Below the pieces are notes generated by a model. That model made no database searches, was not told where the DNA came from, and saw only the letters and a list, made by a program, of their open reading frames with translations. From positions 1 to 43,336 of the forward strand of contig JAJZGM010000001.1 of the NCBI GenBank assembly GCA_021828525.1: a stretch of 43,336 nucleotides of DNA. The letters are read 5' to 3'. Below are positions 27,812 through 37,502 of the stretch, one piece after another. The translations under genes were made by a program, and so were the position numbers. Positions within the stretch are counted from its first letter, which is position 1; every line of letters begins with the position of its first letter. The stretch is from Nitrospirota bacterium. Lineage in GTDB: Bacteria > Nitrospirota > Leptospirillia > Leptospirillales > Leptospirillaceae.

Positions 27812-28768
27812 TCACGCCTCGAAAAGCACGATCTCGTCTTTTCCGAATCGCCGACCTGCCAGGAACTCCCCCGAGGTCAGCATCCTCCCGCCTTCGCGCT
27901 GGAGGGAGAGAATCCGGTAGACCCCTTTTCCGCAGGCCACATCGATTCCTTCCGGACCCTGGTAAAGGAGCTGTCCGGGAAGGGAAGGAGGGGAATCCTC
28001 CCGGAGAACCTCTCCGGAACCGACCCGGAACCGCCCGATGGAGGAGTCAAAGCTGGCTCCAGGCCAGGGATTCATCGCCCTGACATGGGCATCGACCTCT
28101 CGGGCGGAGGATTCGAAAGGCATCCGTCCGTCCTCTTTCCGGAGAATGGGCGCCTGGGTTCCCTTCTCGGGCTGAGGGAGCGGACTGAGAGTTCCTCCGA
28201 TATACCCTGCAAGGCCCTGAACCAGAAAGGGAGGGCCCAGCTCCTTCATCCTTTCCGAAAGCGAGACCGAGGTCTCCCGGGGATTCAGAGGAATCTCGAG
28301 ACGGTCGAGCACGGGTCCCGTATCCATCCCCCGGTCCAGGAGCATGAGGGACAACCCCGAGACTGTCAGTCCCTGGCGGATGGCCCAGACGATGGGAGAG
28401 GCTCCCCGAAGGGCGGGCAGGAGGCTGGCATGGACATTTACGCACCCCCACCGGGGAAATTCCAGAACCTCTCCTGGAAGTATTTTACCATAAGCCACCA
28501 CAACGATCAGGTCAGGGGACCAATCCCCCAGAAATTCCCGGCCTTCCGGGACCCGAAGGGAAGAGGGAGTGACCGTGGGGATTCCTCGGTCCATGGCCCA
28601 GGCCCTGACCGGAACCGGGGCCGTCACCTGCCCCCGTCCCCGGGGGCGGTCGGGCTGGGTCACCACGCCCCGGAGGTCAAAGCCCGCCTGGACAAGGGCG
28701 GCCAGGAAAGGGACTGCAAAGTCCGGACTTCCCATGAAGACGGTCCGGATTCGGGAAAAGCCGGTCAC
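27812..28768 (-). CDS. fmt: Methionyl-tRNA formyltransferase
   Basis: RIRTVFMGSPDFAVPFL...NVHASLLPALRGASPI motifs. I favour GTG at 28768, which overlaps the def stop (GTGA). The ORF-track ATG at 28810 would overlap def by 46 nt. Confidence 0.92.
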   Translation of the reverse strand: MTGFSRIRTVFMGSPDFAVPFLAALVQAGFDLRGVVTQPDRPRGRGQVTAPVPVRAWAMDRGIPTVTPSSLRVPEGREFLGDWSPDLIVVVAYGKILPGEVLEFPRWGCVNVHASLLPALRGASPIVWAIRQGLTVSGLSLMLLDRGMDTGPVLDRLEIPLNPRETSVSLSERMKELGPPFLVQGLAGYIGGTLSPLPQPEKGTQAPILRKEDGRMPFESSAREVDAHVRAMNPWPGASFDSSIGRFRVGSGEVLREDSPPSLPGQLLYQGPEGIDVACGKGVYRILSLQREGGRMLTSGEFLAGRRFGKDEIVLFEA

Positions 28769-29292
28769 GGACAACTCTCCATCCGTTTTTCCCAGAGGGT
28801 TCGGCGCCACAGGGAGAGGAAACGCGAAAGGGGAGGCTGGCGGTCGGGAAGGAGAATCCCCTCGAGGTGGTCCACCTCATGTTCGATCATCCGGGCAAAC
28901 AGTCCTGATCCGGTGTAGACCACCTCTTCCCCCTTTTCGTTTTGCCCGGACACGGTCACCCTTTCGGGCCGCCGGATCGACAGGTCGAGTCCGGGAAATG
29001 ACAGGCACCCCTCGACCACCGACACGGACCCGGTCCGCTCCCGTATTTCCGGGTTGAGGAGGACTCCCCGAGCGGGAGGACCTCCCGGATCCCGGGGTCG
29101 CTTCAGGTTCCAGACGAAAAGGCGGCAGGAAATGCCGATCTGCGGCGCGGCCAGGGCCACCCCCCTCTGGGTGGCCAGGGTGTCCCAAAGATCAATGATC
29201 GCCTGCCGGACCTCGAGGGAGCATGGATCAGTCCGGAGAGCGACAGCCCGGAGAGAGTTCTCCCTGTGACCCACCAGGGAACGGATCGGCAT
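28765..29292 (-). CDS. def: Peptide deformylase
   Basis: 175 aa with GVALAAPQIG, EGCLSFPG and HEVDHLEG, the three Def motifs. Confidence 0.96.
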   Translation of the reverse strand: MPIRSLVGHRENSLRAVALRTDPCSLEVRQAIIDLWDTLATQRGVALAAPQIGISCRLFVWNLKRPRDPGGPPARGVLLNPEIRERTGSVSVVEGCLSFPGLDLSIRRPERVTVSGQNEKGEEVVYTGSGLFARMIEHEVDHLEGILLPDRQPPLSRFLSLWRRTLWEKRMESCP

Positions 29293-29310
29293 TCTTCCGG
29301 CCCCCCGTCC

Positions 29311-29730
29311 TCAGGACCCTTTTCCCGTCGGGGGACAGGAATAGGGGGCCCCTCCATGAACGACGACGGGAACCGGGACTTCATCTGTTTTGACGATCTG
29401 GTCCCTGCCCGCCAGATCAAACCCCAGCCGGTGCCGGCCGGCAGACAGGTGGCCGACACAGAGCACAAGCGAACGGCCCGGCACCACCTTCCTCCCCAAC
29501 AGTCGCCCCCTGTCCACTGTCAGATGCAGGAAGCGGCCAGCCGGTTTTTTGGGAATCGAGAGCGTCAGGGTGACGGTCGATCCCCGGACGGAGACAGAGG
29601 AAAGAGTCGGCGGAGGGGAGGTGCTGTCGGCCTCCGCCCTTTCAGGACCGGGGAGGGGGAAGAGGAGAACAGAAAGCCCCAGGACAAGAGAGGAAAGGGT
29701 GGTGCGGCAATGGCCAGTCGGATGATTCAT
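29311..29730 (-). CDS. Hypothetical small secreted protein
   Basis: 139 aa. Signal-peptide-like N-terminus (LSSLVLGLSVLLFPLPGPERAEA), then beta-strand-like alternation. Same strand as its neighbours. No recognisable motif and a weak SD. Confidence 0.5.
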   Translation of the reverse strand: MNHPTGHCRTTLSSLVLGLSVLLFPLPGPERAEADSTSPPPTLSSVSVRGSTVTLTLSIPKKPAGRFLHLTVDRGRLLGRKVVPGRSLVLCVGHLSAGRHRLGFDLAGRDQIVKTDEVPVPVVVHGGAPYSCPPTGKGS

Positions 29731-29817
29731 GGGGCTTTGATTTCCCTCCGGAGGATGGACAAGGTCATGGCCCTATCCTATCCCGACCCGAGGGCAGGAC
29801 TCAACCCTCGCGGCCGC

Positions 29818-30501
29818 TCAATGCCGTCTTCCCTCCCCCTCTTCGCCAGGGTCAAGGATCCCTCCCATCCACTCCCCGATGGCCCCGATCTCCGGAAGGC
29901 AGACGGAATGGCCCATGAGATACTGTTGCCACTCACGGACCCCTTTCCCGCCCAGTCTCTCCAGGGCCTCGAAGGTCTTCCGGCCAAGCCTGAATGGGAC
30001 AACCGGATCCTCCGTCCCGTGAACCATGAGCAAGGGTGTCGGACTGTCGGACAGGGGAACCCCGGCATCACTGGGAAGATAGGTGGAAAGGGCCAGGACG
30101 CCCCCCCAGCGCTCCCCCCCTTCTCCGAAGACGGTCAGAAGGGCGATCACTCCCCCCTGGGAGAAGCCTGCCAGAATGATCCTTTCCGGGGGGATCCCCC
30201 GGTTCATTTCATGTCTTGCCAGCTCCCGGACGTGTCCCACCGAGCGGCGCATTCCCTCGAGATCGGGATTCCTGGAGAGGTCAGGGAGGGCCACATCGTA
30301 CCAGGCCCGCATGGGCGCCCCCCCGTTGACTCTGACCCGCATGACCGGGGCATGGGGGAAGACGAAGCGAAGGGGAACCTGCGGCAGGGGAATCTCGGGG
30401 ACGATCCCGGCGAAGTCGTGGCCGTCGGCTCCGAGCCCGTGGAGCCAGATGACGGCCCATCGGGGATCGGGGCCGGTTTCGAGGGTGACCGACTCAAGCA
30501 T
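29818..30501 (-). CDS. Alpha/beta-hydrolase carboxylesterase (phospholipase/carboxylesterase family)
   Basis: [16 protein letters not shown], nucleophile elbow GFSQGG, and late HGTEDPVVP and GH residues. ATG at 30501 lies just inside the yyaL 3' end. Confidence 0.85.
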   Translation of the reverse strand: MLESVTLETGPDPRWAVIWLHGLGADGHDFAGIVPEIPLPQVPLRFVFPHAPVMRVRVNGGAPMRAWYDVALPDLSRNPDLEGMRRSVGHVRELARHEMNRGIPPERIILAGFSQGGVIALLTVFGEGGERWGGVLALSTYLPSDAGVPLSDSPTPLLMVHGTEDPVVPFRLGRKTFEALERLGGKGVREWQQYLMGHSVCLPEIGAIGEWMGGILDPGEEGEGRRH

Positions 30502-32533
30502 GGGCTCCTCCCTCTTCCCCGATCCCGGAGAGTCTTTCCAGAAGGGTCTCCGGGCCGTCATCGACCGAAGAGAGGCATCCGAAGGTGCCGCAGATCCAGG
30601 CCCGGGTCGATCCCTGTCCGGCCGGACTCTTGCCTGCGATTTCCCTTCCCTCCGCAGAAAGGATCGTCCAGACGGGAACGGGAGCGGACAGGGCCCGCCT
30701 CTGCCACCGGGCGGCCTCCCTCCCCTGGAGGATCACCGTCGGAGCCCCGGCAAGTCTGTAAGACAAGGCGGAGAGGAGGGTATCGAAACCTTCGGGACGG
30801 GTGTTGAAGGTTCCCGCAAAGAGGGTGAGGGCGCGTTCGGCCGACTCGAGCATGGGAAGGTCCCCGAGAAGGGATCCAAGGCGAAGGAGGCTCCGGACCG
30901 CCACTCCGTTCCCGTTGGGAAGGGACTGGTCATGGCCGGTCTTGATCCGGCACAGGAGCTCCTCGTGGTCCCTGGCCGTAAAGAAGAATCCTCCTTCCTG
31001 TCGGTCCTCGAAGGCATCGAGAAGGACCGCCGCGATCTCCCGGCCCCACAAGAGACGGTCGTCGGAATATTGGGCCGAAAGGCCTTCAAGGAGGGCGTCG
31101 AGAAGAAAGGCATAGTCGTCGAGATAGGCCGAAAGACGGCTTTCTCCCTGCGTCCTGACGGCCAGGAGCCGGCCCTCTTTCCAGAGATGGGTCCGCACGG
31201 CCGAAAGGCCGTCCTGGCCTCGCCTGATCCACTCTGGCCGGTCGAGGATCCGTCCCGCTTCGAAGAGTCCGCGCAAGTAGAGCGCATTCCAAGCTGTCAG
31301 GATCTTCTCGTCGCGACCCGGATGGATGCGCCTCTCCCGGGTCTCGAAAAGCCGTCTTTTGGCGGACGCGAAGAGTCTCCGGAACTCTTCTTCCTCCCCT
31401 CCCTCCTCCCTGGCGAGTTCTTCCGGTGTCCGGACAAGGACCGGATTCCAGAACTGGTGCTCGAAATTGGGCTCCCGGGAAAACCCCAGACAGGCCAGGG
31501 CCACCCGGCGCTCCTCTCCCGCCAGGACCTCCTCGACTTCACGACGGGTCCAGCGGGCGAACTTCCCCTCCTCCCCCTCCGAGTCGGCGTCAAGGGAGGC
31601 ATACCAGAGCCCTTCAGGAGCCAGCATCTCCCGGTCCGCCCAGGCAACGATCTCCTCCGCCACCCTCCGGAAGAAGGGATCTTTCGAGATTTCAAAGGCC
31701 CGGGCATAGAGCCCAAGAAGCGGCCCGTTGTCGTAGAGCATCTTTTCGAAGTGGGGAATCTCCCATCGTTCGTCGACACTGTACCGGGCGAAACCTCCGC
31801 CGATCTGGTCGCAGATCCCTCCCCGCCCCATCTTCCGGAGAGTGAAGAGGGCCATTTCGCGGTCTTTTTCCAGGGGAGAGTCGAGCAGGAAGGAGAGTCC
31901 CTGGGCATGGGGGAATTTCGGGGCCCCCCCGAACCCTCCCTCGACCGGGTCAAAGACCTCGCGAAGATGGGCGCGGAGCGCCTCGACCGGGGCCGGAGAA
32001 AGGGAGGCCCCCTCCTGGCGTTTCGGAACGAGGAGGTCAAGGGTCTCGATCACCGAGCGGTTTTCCGGACTTTCAAGCTGCTCCCGGTGCTCGGAATAGA
32101 AGGTGTGGATCCGGGTAAGAACTTCTGAAAATCCTGGCAGACCGAAGCGCCCCGTCTTGGGAAAATAGGTCCCGGCGGCAAAGGGGACCTTCCGTCCGGT
32201 CAAAAAGACGGTCAGGGGCCAGCCGCCCCCTCGCCGGGCCAGAAGCTGATGGGCGGTCTGGTAGATATGGTCGAGGTCGGGGCGCTCTTCCCGGTCCACC
32301 TTGATGTTGATGAAGAGATCGTTCATAAGTCTCGCTGTCTCCGGATCCTCGAAGGACTCGTGAGCCATCACGTGGCACCAGTGGCAGGCAGCATACCCGA
32401 TGGAGAGAAGAACCGGCTTTCCCGTCTCCCTTGCCGCCTTCCAGGCCTCCTCTCCCCAGGGATACCAGTCCACGGGGTTGTGGGCGTGCTGTCGAAGGTA
32501 GGGACTGGTCTCCCGGCCCAGGCGATTTGACAT
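30494..32533 (-). CDS. yyaL: Thioredoxin-domain protein YyaL (DUF255 + six-hairpin/N-acylglucosamine 2-epimerase-like domain)
   Basis: [22 protein letters not shown]...[22 protein letters not shown] is the characteristic DUF255 N-terminus, followed by a long alpha-helical remainder. ATG at 32533 preferred. Confidence 0.88.
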   Translation of the reverse strand: MSNRLGRETSPYLRQHAHNPVDWYPWGEEAWKAARETGKPVLLSIGYAACHWCHVMAHESFEDPETARLMNDLFINIKVDREERPDLDHIYQTAHQLLARRGGGWPLTVFLTGRKVPFAAGTYFPKTGRFGLPGFSEVLTRIHTFYSEHREQLESPENRSVIETLDLLVPKRQEGASLSPAPVEALRAHLREVFDPVEGGFGGAPKFPHAQGLSFLLDSPLEKDREMALFTLRKMGRGGICDQIGGGFARYSVDERWEIPHFEKMLYDNGPLLGLYARAFEISKDPFFRRVAEEIVAWADREMLAPEGLWYASLDADSEGEEGKFARWTRREVEEVLAGEERRVALACLGFSREPNFEHQFWNPVLVRTPEELAREEGGEEEEFRRLFASAKRRLFETRERRIHPGRDEKILTAWNALYLRGLFEAGRILDRPEWIRRGQDGLSAVRTHLWKEGRLLAVRTQGESRLSAYLDDYAFLLDALLEGLSAQYSDDRLLWGREIAAVLLDAFEDRQEGGFFFTARDHEELLCRIKTGHDQSLPNGNGVAVRSLLRLGSLLGDLPMLESAERALTLFAGTFNTRPEGFDTLLSALSYRLAGAPTVILQGREAARWQRRALSAPVPVWTILSAEGREIAGKSPAGQGSTRAWICGTFGCLSSVDDGPETLLERLSGIGEEGGAHA

Positions 32534-32691
32534 GAATTTCCTCCCTTTCCTCAAGAATATCCTGTTCGGCGTGATGGCTCACTGTACAATGCTGAGGTTT
32601 CATTCTAACGGCCCTTCTCAGTCCTCGTCCAATGGACCCCGGTTGAAGCCCCCGGGCCAATCCGGTATGATCCCTCGAAAAAGGAGACGAG

Positions 32692-34611
32692 ATGGGGGTT
32701 TTGGAGGCGACAGACCGCAGAAAGGATTTTTCCCGGTCCCCGGGGAGTTTCGCCGGTCCCCGGGATCTGGGTCCTCTGGGAGCCCATCCGTCAGAGACGG
32801 GAACACTCTTCCGGGTCTGGGCCCCGAAAGCCCCCTCCCTCCATCTCGTCCGGGAGGGAGGGGGACCCCGGAGCGGGATTCCGATGGACCAGGAGGCGGA
32901 CGGGTATTACCGCCTCTTTCTGGAGGGGGCCCTTTCCGGAACGACCTACCGCTATCTGATCGACAGCAGAACCCTTCGCCCCGATCCCGCCTCCCGCCTC
33001 CAGCGGGAAGGCGTCCATGGCCCCTCGACGGTCTGGGGGGCCCCGGAAGCCTTGCCCGTCGCCTTTTCCGGCCATGCCCTTCCGGATCTGGTCTTCTACG
33101 AGCTCCATGTGGGAACCTTCTCTCCCACCTCCGATTTCGACGGGATTCTTCCCCACCTCGACCATCTCGTCCGTACCGGCATCACGGCCCTCGAACTCAT
33201 GCCGGTGGCCCAGTTTCCAGGAAGGCGGAACTGGGGCTACGACGGCGTCTTCCCCTTCGCCGTCCAGTGGTCCTACGGGGGACCGGACGCTCTCTTGCGT
33301 CTCGTCCGGGAATGCCACCTCCGGGGCCTCTCGGTCTTTCTCGACGTGGTCTACAACCATCTGGGTCCCGAAGGGAACTATCTCAGGGATTTCGGTCCCT
33401 ATTTTTCCACGACGACCCGGACCCCCTGGGGGGACGCCCTGAACTTCGACGGTCCGGACAGCGACCATGTCCGCCACTTCTTCCTGGAACATCTCCGGAC
33501 CTTGACACTCCTCTTCGATCTGGACGGATTCCGGCTCGACGCGATCCACGCCATCCGCGACCAGTCTCCCCATCCCTTCCTGGCCGACCTCTCTCATCTG
33601 GCCAAAAATATTGCCTCCCGGAGGGGCCGCCCTCTCCATCTCGTCGCGGAATCGAACGCGAACGACCGCCGGACCGTCCTGCCCGTCCGGGAGGGCGGCC
33701 TGGGTTTCGATTCCCAGTGGAGCGACGACTTCCACCACGCCCTGCACGTCTTCTTTACCGGAGAACGAACCGGCTACTATCGGGATTTTTCGGGAAAGGA
33801 TGACCTGGCAGAGGCCCTGTCGAAGGGATTTGTCTACCGGGGACAATACGCTCCCTCCTTCCGTTGCCGCCGGGGCTCGGACTCTCTCGATCTGCCTGGG
33901 CAATCCTTCGTCTTCTTCGCCCAGAACCATGACCAGACGGGAAACCGGATGCAGGGAGAAAGGCTGGCCTCCCTCCTTCCCCCGGAGGCCCTTCCGGCGA
34001 TTGCCGCCCTGGTCCTCCTGTCGCCAGGCCTTCCGCTCCTCTTCATGGGAGAAGAGTACGGAGAGACCAATCCCTTTCTCTATTTCACCGACCACGGGGA
34101 TCCCGACCTCATCCAGGCCGTCCGGAAAGGGCGCAGGGATGAATTTGCCGCCTTTTCCTGGTCGGGGGAGGTGCCCGATCCTCAGGATCCCCTGACCTTC
34201 GAGCGTTCGCGGCTTTCTCTTACGGCTCCCGGAAGCCTTCTCTCAAAATTTCAGGAGGATCTTCTCCGCTTTACCGCCCGGCTTGCCGAAATCCGAAGGA
34301 CCCGGCCCGCCCTGTCTCCTCCTGGGCGGATCGAAAGCCCCCAAAACCGTGTCTTCTCCCCAGCCTCCGGGACCCTGGCCCTCTTCCGGGGCGACTCCTC
34401 CTCCGGGATCCTCCTCCTGGCCAACCTCTCTGGGACCCCCCGCCTTTTGGGACCCTTTCTTCCCGGAGAATGGGACCCCGAATCCTCCGACCTCCTCCTG
34501 GACTCGGCCGCCTTTTTCGGAACCCCCTCCCGCCCCTTCTCCCCTTCCTCCAAGACAGAGTTCCTATTCGAGCCCTTCCGTGTCCTTGTTCTCTCCGGGA
34601 GAAATCGATGA
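32692..34611 (+). CDS. treZ: Malto-oligosyltrehalose trehalohydrolase
   Basis: 639 aa GH13. FRVWAP...YELHVGTFS...LELMPV..F.G..NWGYDGV...DVVYNH, GFRLDAIHAI and an AESN region. AAGGAG lies 5 nt before the ATG. Confidence 0.93.
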   Translation: MGVLEATDRRKDFSRSPGSFAGPRDLGPLGAHPSETGTLFRVWAPKAPSLHLVREGGGPRSGIPMDQEADGYYRLFLEGALSGTTYRYLIDSRTLRPDPASRLQREGVHGPSTVWGAPEALPVAFSGHALPDLVFYELHVGTFSPTSDFDGILPHLDHLVRTGITALELMPVAQFPGRRNWGYDGVFPFAVQWSYGGPDALLRLVRECHLRGLSVFLDVVYNHLGPEGNYLRDFGPYFSTTTRTPWGDALNFDGPDSDHVRHFFLEHLRTLTLLFDLDGFRLDAIHAIRDQSPHPFLADLSHLAKNIASRRGRPLHLVAESNANDRRTVLPVREGGLGFDSQWSDDFHHALHVFFTGERTGYYRDFSGKDDLAEALSKGFVYRGQYAPSFRCRRGSDSLDLPGQSFVFFAQNHDQTGNRMQGERLASLLPPEALPAIAALVLLSPGLPLLFMGEEYGETNPFLYFTDHGDPDLIQAVRKGRRDEFAAFSWSGEVPDPQDPLTFERSRLSLTAPGSLLSKFQEDLLRFTARLAEIRRTRPALSPPGRIESPQNRVFSPASGTLALFRGDSSSGILLLANLSGTPRLLGPFLPGEWDPESSDLLLDSAAFFGTPSRPFSPSSKTEFLFEPFRVLVLSGRNR

Positions 34612-37502
34612 AGCCCTACACAAGCGGAGGGACCGGCCGGCTCCCCGTCACGACCTACCGGCTGGGCTTTCACCGGGGCTTCAGGCTCACGGCGGCCACG
34701 CGTCTTCTCCCCTATTTCCAGAGGCTTGGCATCACCACCCTCTATGCCTCTCCCCTCTTTGCCGCCCGCTCCGGAAGTACTCACGGATACGACCTGATCG
34801 ATCCCACCCGCCAAAATCCTGAAATCGGGACCCCCCAGGACATGGAGCGCCTCTCCCGGGGGCTTTCGGCCCGGGGGATGGGGATGATCCTGGACATCGT
34901 CCCCAATCACATGGCGGCGCACTTCGAAAATCCCTGGTGGCGTGATCTTCTCGAGAACGGAGAAGCCTCCGCCTTCTCCATGTTCTTTGACGTGGACTGG
35001 AATCCTCCCCAGGAGGCGCTGGCCCACCGTATCAGCCTTCCCGTCCTGGGAGACTCCTACCGGAAAGTGCTGGAGAACCAGGAACTCGAACTGGTCTTTA
35101 CCAAAAACGGCTTCGCCGTCCGCTACTACGAGACCCTCTTCCCTGTCGATCCGGCCACCCTGCCCCCCGTTTTGGGAAAGATCCGGGATCTTCTCCGTTC
35201 CCAGGCCCAGAAAGAAGACGAAGAGGCACGACAAACCCTCGACCTGTTGCTCGCACGGACAGAGTCCCTGCCCGAGCGGCGGGCCGATCCCCTGGCCCGC
35301 CGCCAGAGGTCCCGGGCCCGCAGGACCATCCAGCGTCTGCTCAAATCGCTCCATCGGGACAGTCCCTCTTTCCGGGAGGCCCTGGAAAAGGTTCTGGGCG
35401 AATACCGGGGAATCCGGGGCATTCCCTCCTCCTTCGACCGGATGGACGGCCTGCTTTCCTCCCAGGTCTACTGGCTCTCCCACTGGAAAACGGTCACGAG
35501 AACCCTGAACTACCGGCGTTTTTTCGACGTGGCGGACCTGGCGGGGGTCCGGATGGAAGATGACCGGGTCTTCGAGGCCTTCCACCGCCTTGTCCGGGAG
35601 TGGGCCGGGAAAGGCTGGATCGACGGAGTCCGGGTGGACCATGTCGACGGCCTCCGGGATCCCGCCGACTACCTTCACCGGCTCTCCCGGCTTCTCCACG
35701 AGGAACGTCCGGACCACCCCCCGTTGATCTGGATCGAGAAGATCCTGGGCAGGGACGAAGTCCTGCCTGACTGGCCGGTCATGGGAACGACCGGGTACGA
35801 ATTCGCAGCCCGGGTCCTGGATCTCTTCACCGACCCGGGGGGAGCCCGACTCCTGAAGAAATGGTACGAAACGCGTCTCTCGCCGGACCTGAGCTTTGAG
35901 GACATTTCCTACCAGCAAAAAAAGGCCGTGGCCGAGACGCTGATGGGAGGAGAGCTCAGGCGGCTGACACTCCTTCTCGAATGGATCGCCATGGAGGAGC
36001 GCGACGTCAGGGAAACGGGATTCCGCGAGCTCCAGACCGGTCTGGTCGAGGTCACGGCCTGCCTGGACGTCTACCGGACCTATATCCGGGAAGACAGCGT
36101 TCCGGATGAGGCGAAAATGCGTCTCGCGAAGGCGCTCGATCGGGCCAGGCACCACCATCCCATCCGGAGGCAGGGACTCTTCCGCTTCTTTGAACGGGTT
36201 CTGACCCAGGGGCTTCCTGCAGGCGCCAGCCCCGAAAAGAAGCAACGCTGGACAAACTTTGTCCTCAAGTGGCAGCAGTTTTCCGGAGCCGTCATGGCCA
36301 AGGGCGTCGAGGATACGGCCCTCTACCTCTACGCCCCCCTTCTCTCCGCCAACGAGGTGGGAAACGATCCCGGCCTTCCCCCGACAGCTCCGGAGGACTT
36401 CCACCGGTTCAACCGGAAACGCCTCGAAGACAACCCCCTTTCCCTCTCCGCAACCTCGACCCACGATACGAAACGGAGCGCCGACACGAGGGCCCGGATC
36501 GCCGCCCTCTCCCTTCATGGCGAAGAATGGATCGCCCGGGTCGAACGATGGCGGCTCTTGAACCGGAGGCTCCGCCATCCCCACAGGGGGGGTCCGGAGC
36601 TCCCCGATCCTTCGCTTGAACATTTCCTCTACCAGACCCTGATCGGCGCGTGGCCCCTGGAACCCCGGGACGAGAGCTTCGATCGCCGCATCGACGCCTA
36701 TCTTGTCAAGGCACTCCGGGAATCCAAGCAGAACACCAACTGGATCACCCCCGATCCCGCCTACGAGGAGGCGGTCTGCCATTTTGCCCGGGAGATCCTC
36801 CGGACCGACCGGAAGAGCCCCTTCCTGGAAGACTTTCTCTCATTCCAGCAGAAAATCGCCCGGGAAGGAGCCCGGATCTCCCTGTCCGCGCTCGTCCTGA
36901 AGGCCACCTCTCCGGGGATCTTCGACCTCTACCGGGGAGAGGAACTCTGGGATCTCTCCCTGGTCGACCCGGACAACAGACGGCCCGTGGACTATTCCCT
37001 TCGCGCCCGTCTTCTGGAATCCGTCATAGAACAATGGTTGAGGAGGCCGGCCGGGGCCTTCCGGGACTTCCTCTTGCACTGGACCGATGGCCGGATCAAA
37101 CTTTTTCTCACCTGGATCCTTCTCTCCGTCCGCAAAAATCATCCGGACCTCTTCCTCTCAGGAGAATACCGTCCTCTCTCCCCCGGATGGGAGCAGGATC
37201 ATGGTATGCTGGGGTTTGTCCGGAGTCTTCCGGACCGTGACCTTCTGGTGGTTGTGGCCCTGTCCGGCAGAAACCGGCTGGAGGAGGGATCCGGGATCAC
37301 CGGCCGGGAGGATCCCTCCGGGGAGATCCCCCTGCCGGAGGGAGGGTCCGTCCCCTGGGTTCATCTCTTTTCGGGAGAGACCCTTCATCCGTCGATCTCC
37401 GACCGTGGTCCCGCCCTTCCCCTTGCCCGGGCCATGGGAAGACTCCCCTTCACCGTCCTTTACCGGGGTCCGGACCCGGTTTTGCCCAAGGAGCGCCCCT
37501 GA
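34608..37502 (+). CDS. treY: Malto-oligosyltrehalose synthase
   Basis: About 964 aa. TTYRLGFHRGFRLTAATRLLPYFQRLGITTLYASPLFAARSGSTHGYDLID is the TreY N-terminal signature. The ATG overlaps the treZ stop (ATGA). Confidence 0.93.
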   Translation: MKPYTSGGTGRLPVTTYRLGFHRGFRLTAATRLLPYFQRLGITTLYASPLFAARSGSTHGYDLIDPTRQNPEIGTPQDMERLSRGLSARGMGMILDIVPNHMAAHFENPWWRDLLENGEASAFSMFFDVDWNPPQEALAHRISLPVLGDSYRKVLENQELELVFTKNGFAVRYYETLFPVDPATLPPVLGKIRDLLRSQAQKEDEEARQTLDLLLARTESLPERRADPLARRQRSRARRTIQRLLKSLHRDSPSFREALEKVLGEYRGIRGIPSSFDRMDGLLSSQVYWLSHWKTVTRTLNYRRFFDVADLAGVRMEDDRVFEAFHRLVREWAGKGWIDGVRVDHVDGLRDPADYLHRLSRLLHEERPDHPPLIWIEKILGRDEVLPDWPVMGTTGYEFAARVLDLFTDPGGARLLKKWYETRLSPDLSFEDISYQQKKAVAETLMGGELRRLTLLLEWIAMEERDVRETGFRELQTGLVEVTACLDVYRTYIREDSVPDEAKMRLAKALDRARHHHPIRRQGLFRFFERVLTQGLPAGASPEKKQRWTNFVLKWQQFSGAVMAKGVEDTALYLYAPLLSANEVGNDPGLPPTAPEDFHRFNRKRLEDNPLSLSATSTHDTKRSADTRARIAALSLHGEEWIARVERWRLLNRRLRHPHRGGPELPDPSLEHFLYQTLIGAWPLEPRDESFDRRIDAYLVKALRESKQNTNWITPDPAYEEAVCHFAREILRTDRKSPFLEDFLSFQQKIAREGARISLSALVLKATSPGIFDLYRGEELWDLSLVDPDNRRPVDYSLRARLLESVIEQWLRRPAGAFRDFLLHWTDGRIKLFLTWILLSVRKNHPDLFLSGEYRPLSPGWEQDHGMLGFVRSLPDRDLLVVVALSGRNRLEEGSGITGREDPSGEIPLPEGGSVPWVHLFSGETLHPSISDRGPALPLARAMGRLPFTVLYRGPDPVLPKERP

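Noticed and set aside
26110-28083. 657-aa plus-strand ORF spanning rpe, htpX and fmt. Also 27389-28918, 29266-30807 and 30083-32128 on the plus strand.
   Set aside because: They lie antisense to well-supported housekeeping genes. Their composition is Arg/Gly/Pro-rich and low in complexity, with no start context or motifs.
29731-29817. Hairpin CGAGGG-10 nt-CCCTCG (minus strand) after the esterase gene, considered as a possible terminator.
   Set aside because: There is no U tract, the stem is short and the loop is large. The evidence is insufficient.
34251-36782. 843-aa ORF on the minus strand opposite treY. Similar giant antisense ORFs occur at 40599-42992 (opposite glgX) and 32791-34095 (opposite treZ), and a 423-aa plus-strand ORF lies out of frame with treZ at 32532-33803.
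   Set aside because: These are shadow ORFs typical of GC-rich DNA. Their translations are dominated by Gly/Pro/Arg/Glu/Val with no motifs, whereas treY, glgX and treZ carry unmistakable GH13 and TreY/TreZ/GlgX signatures.
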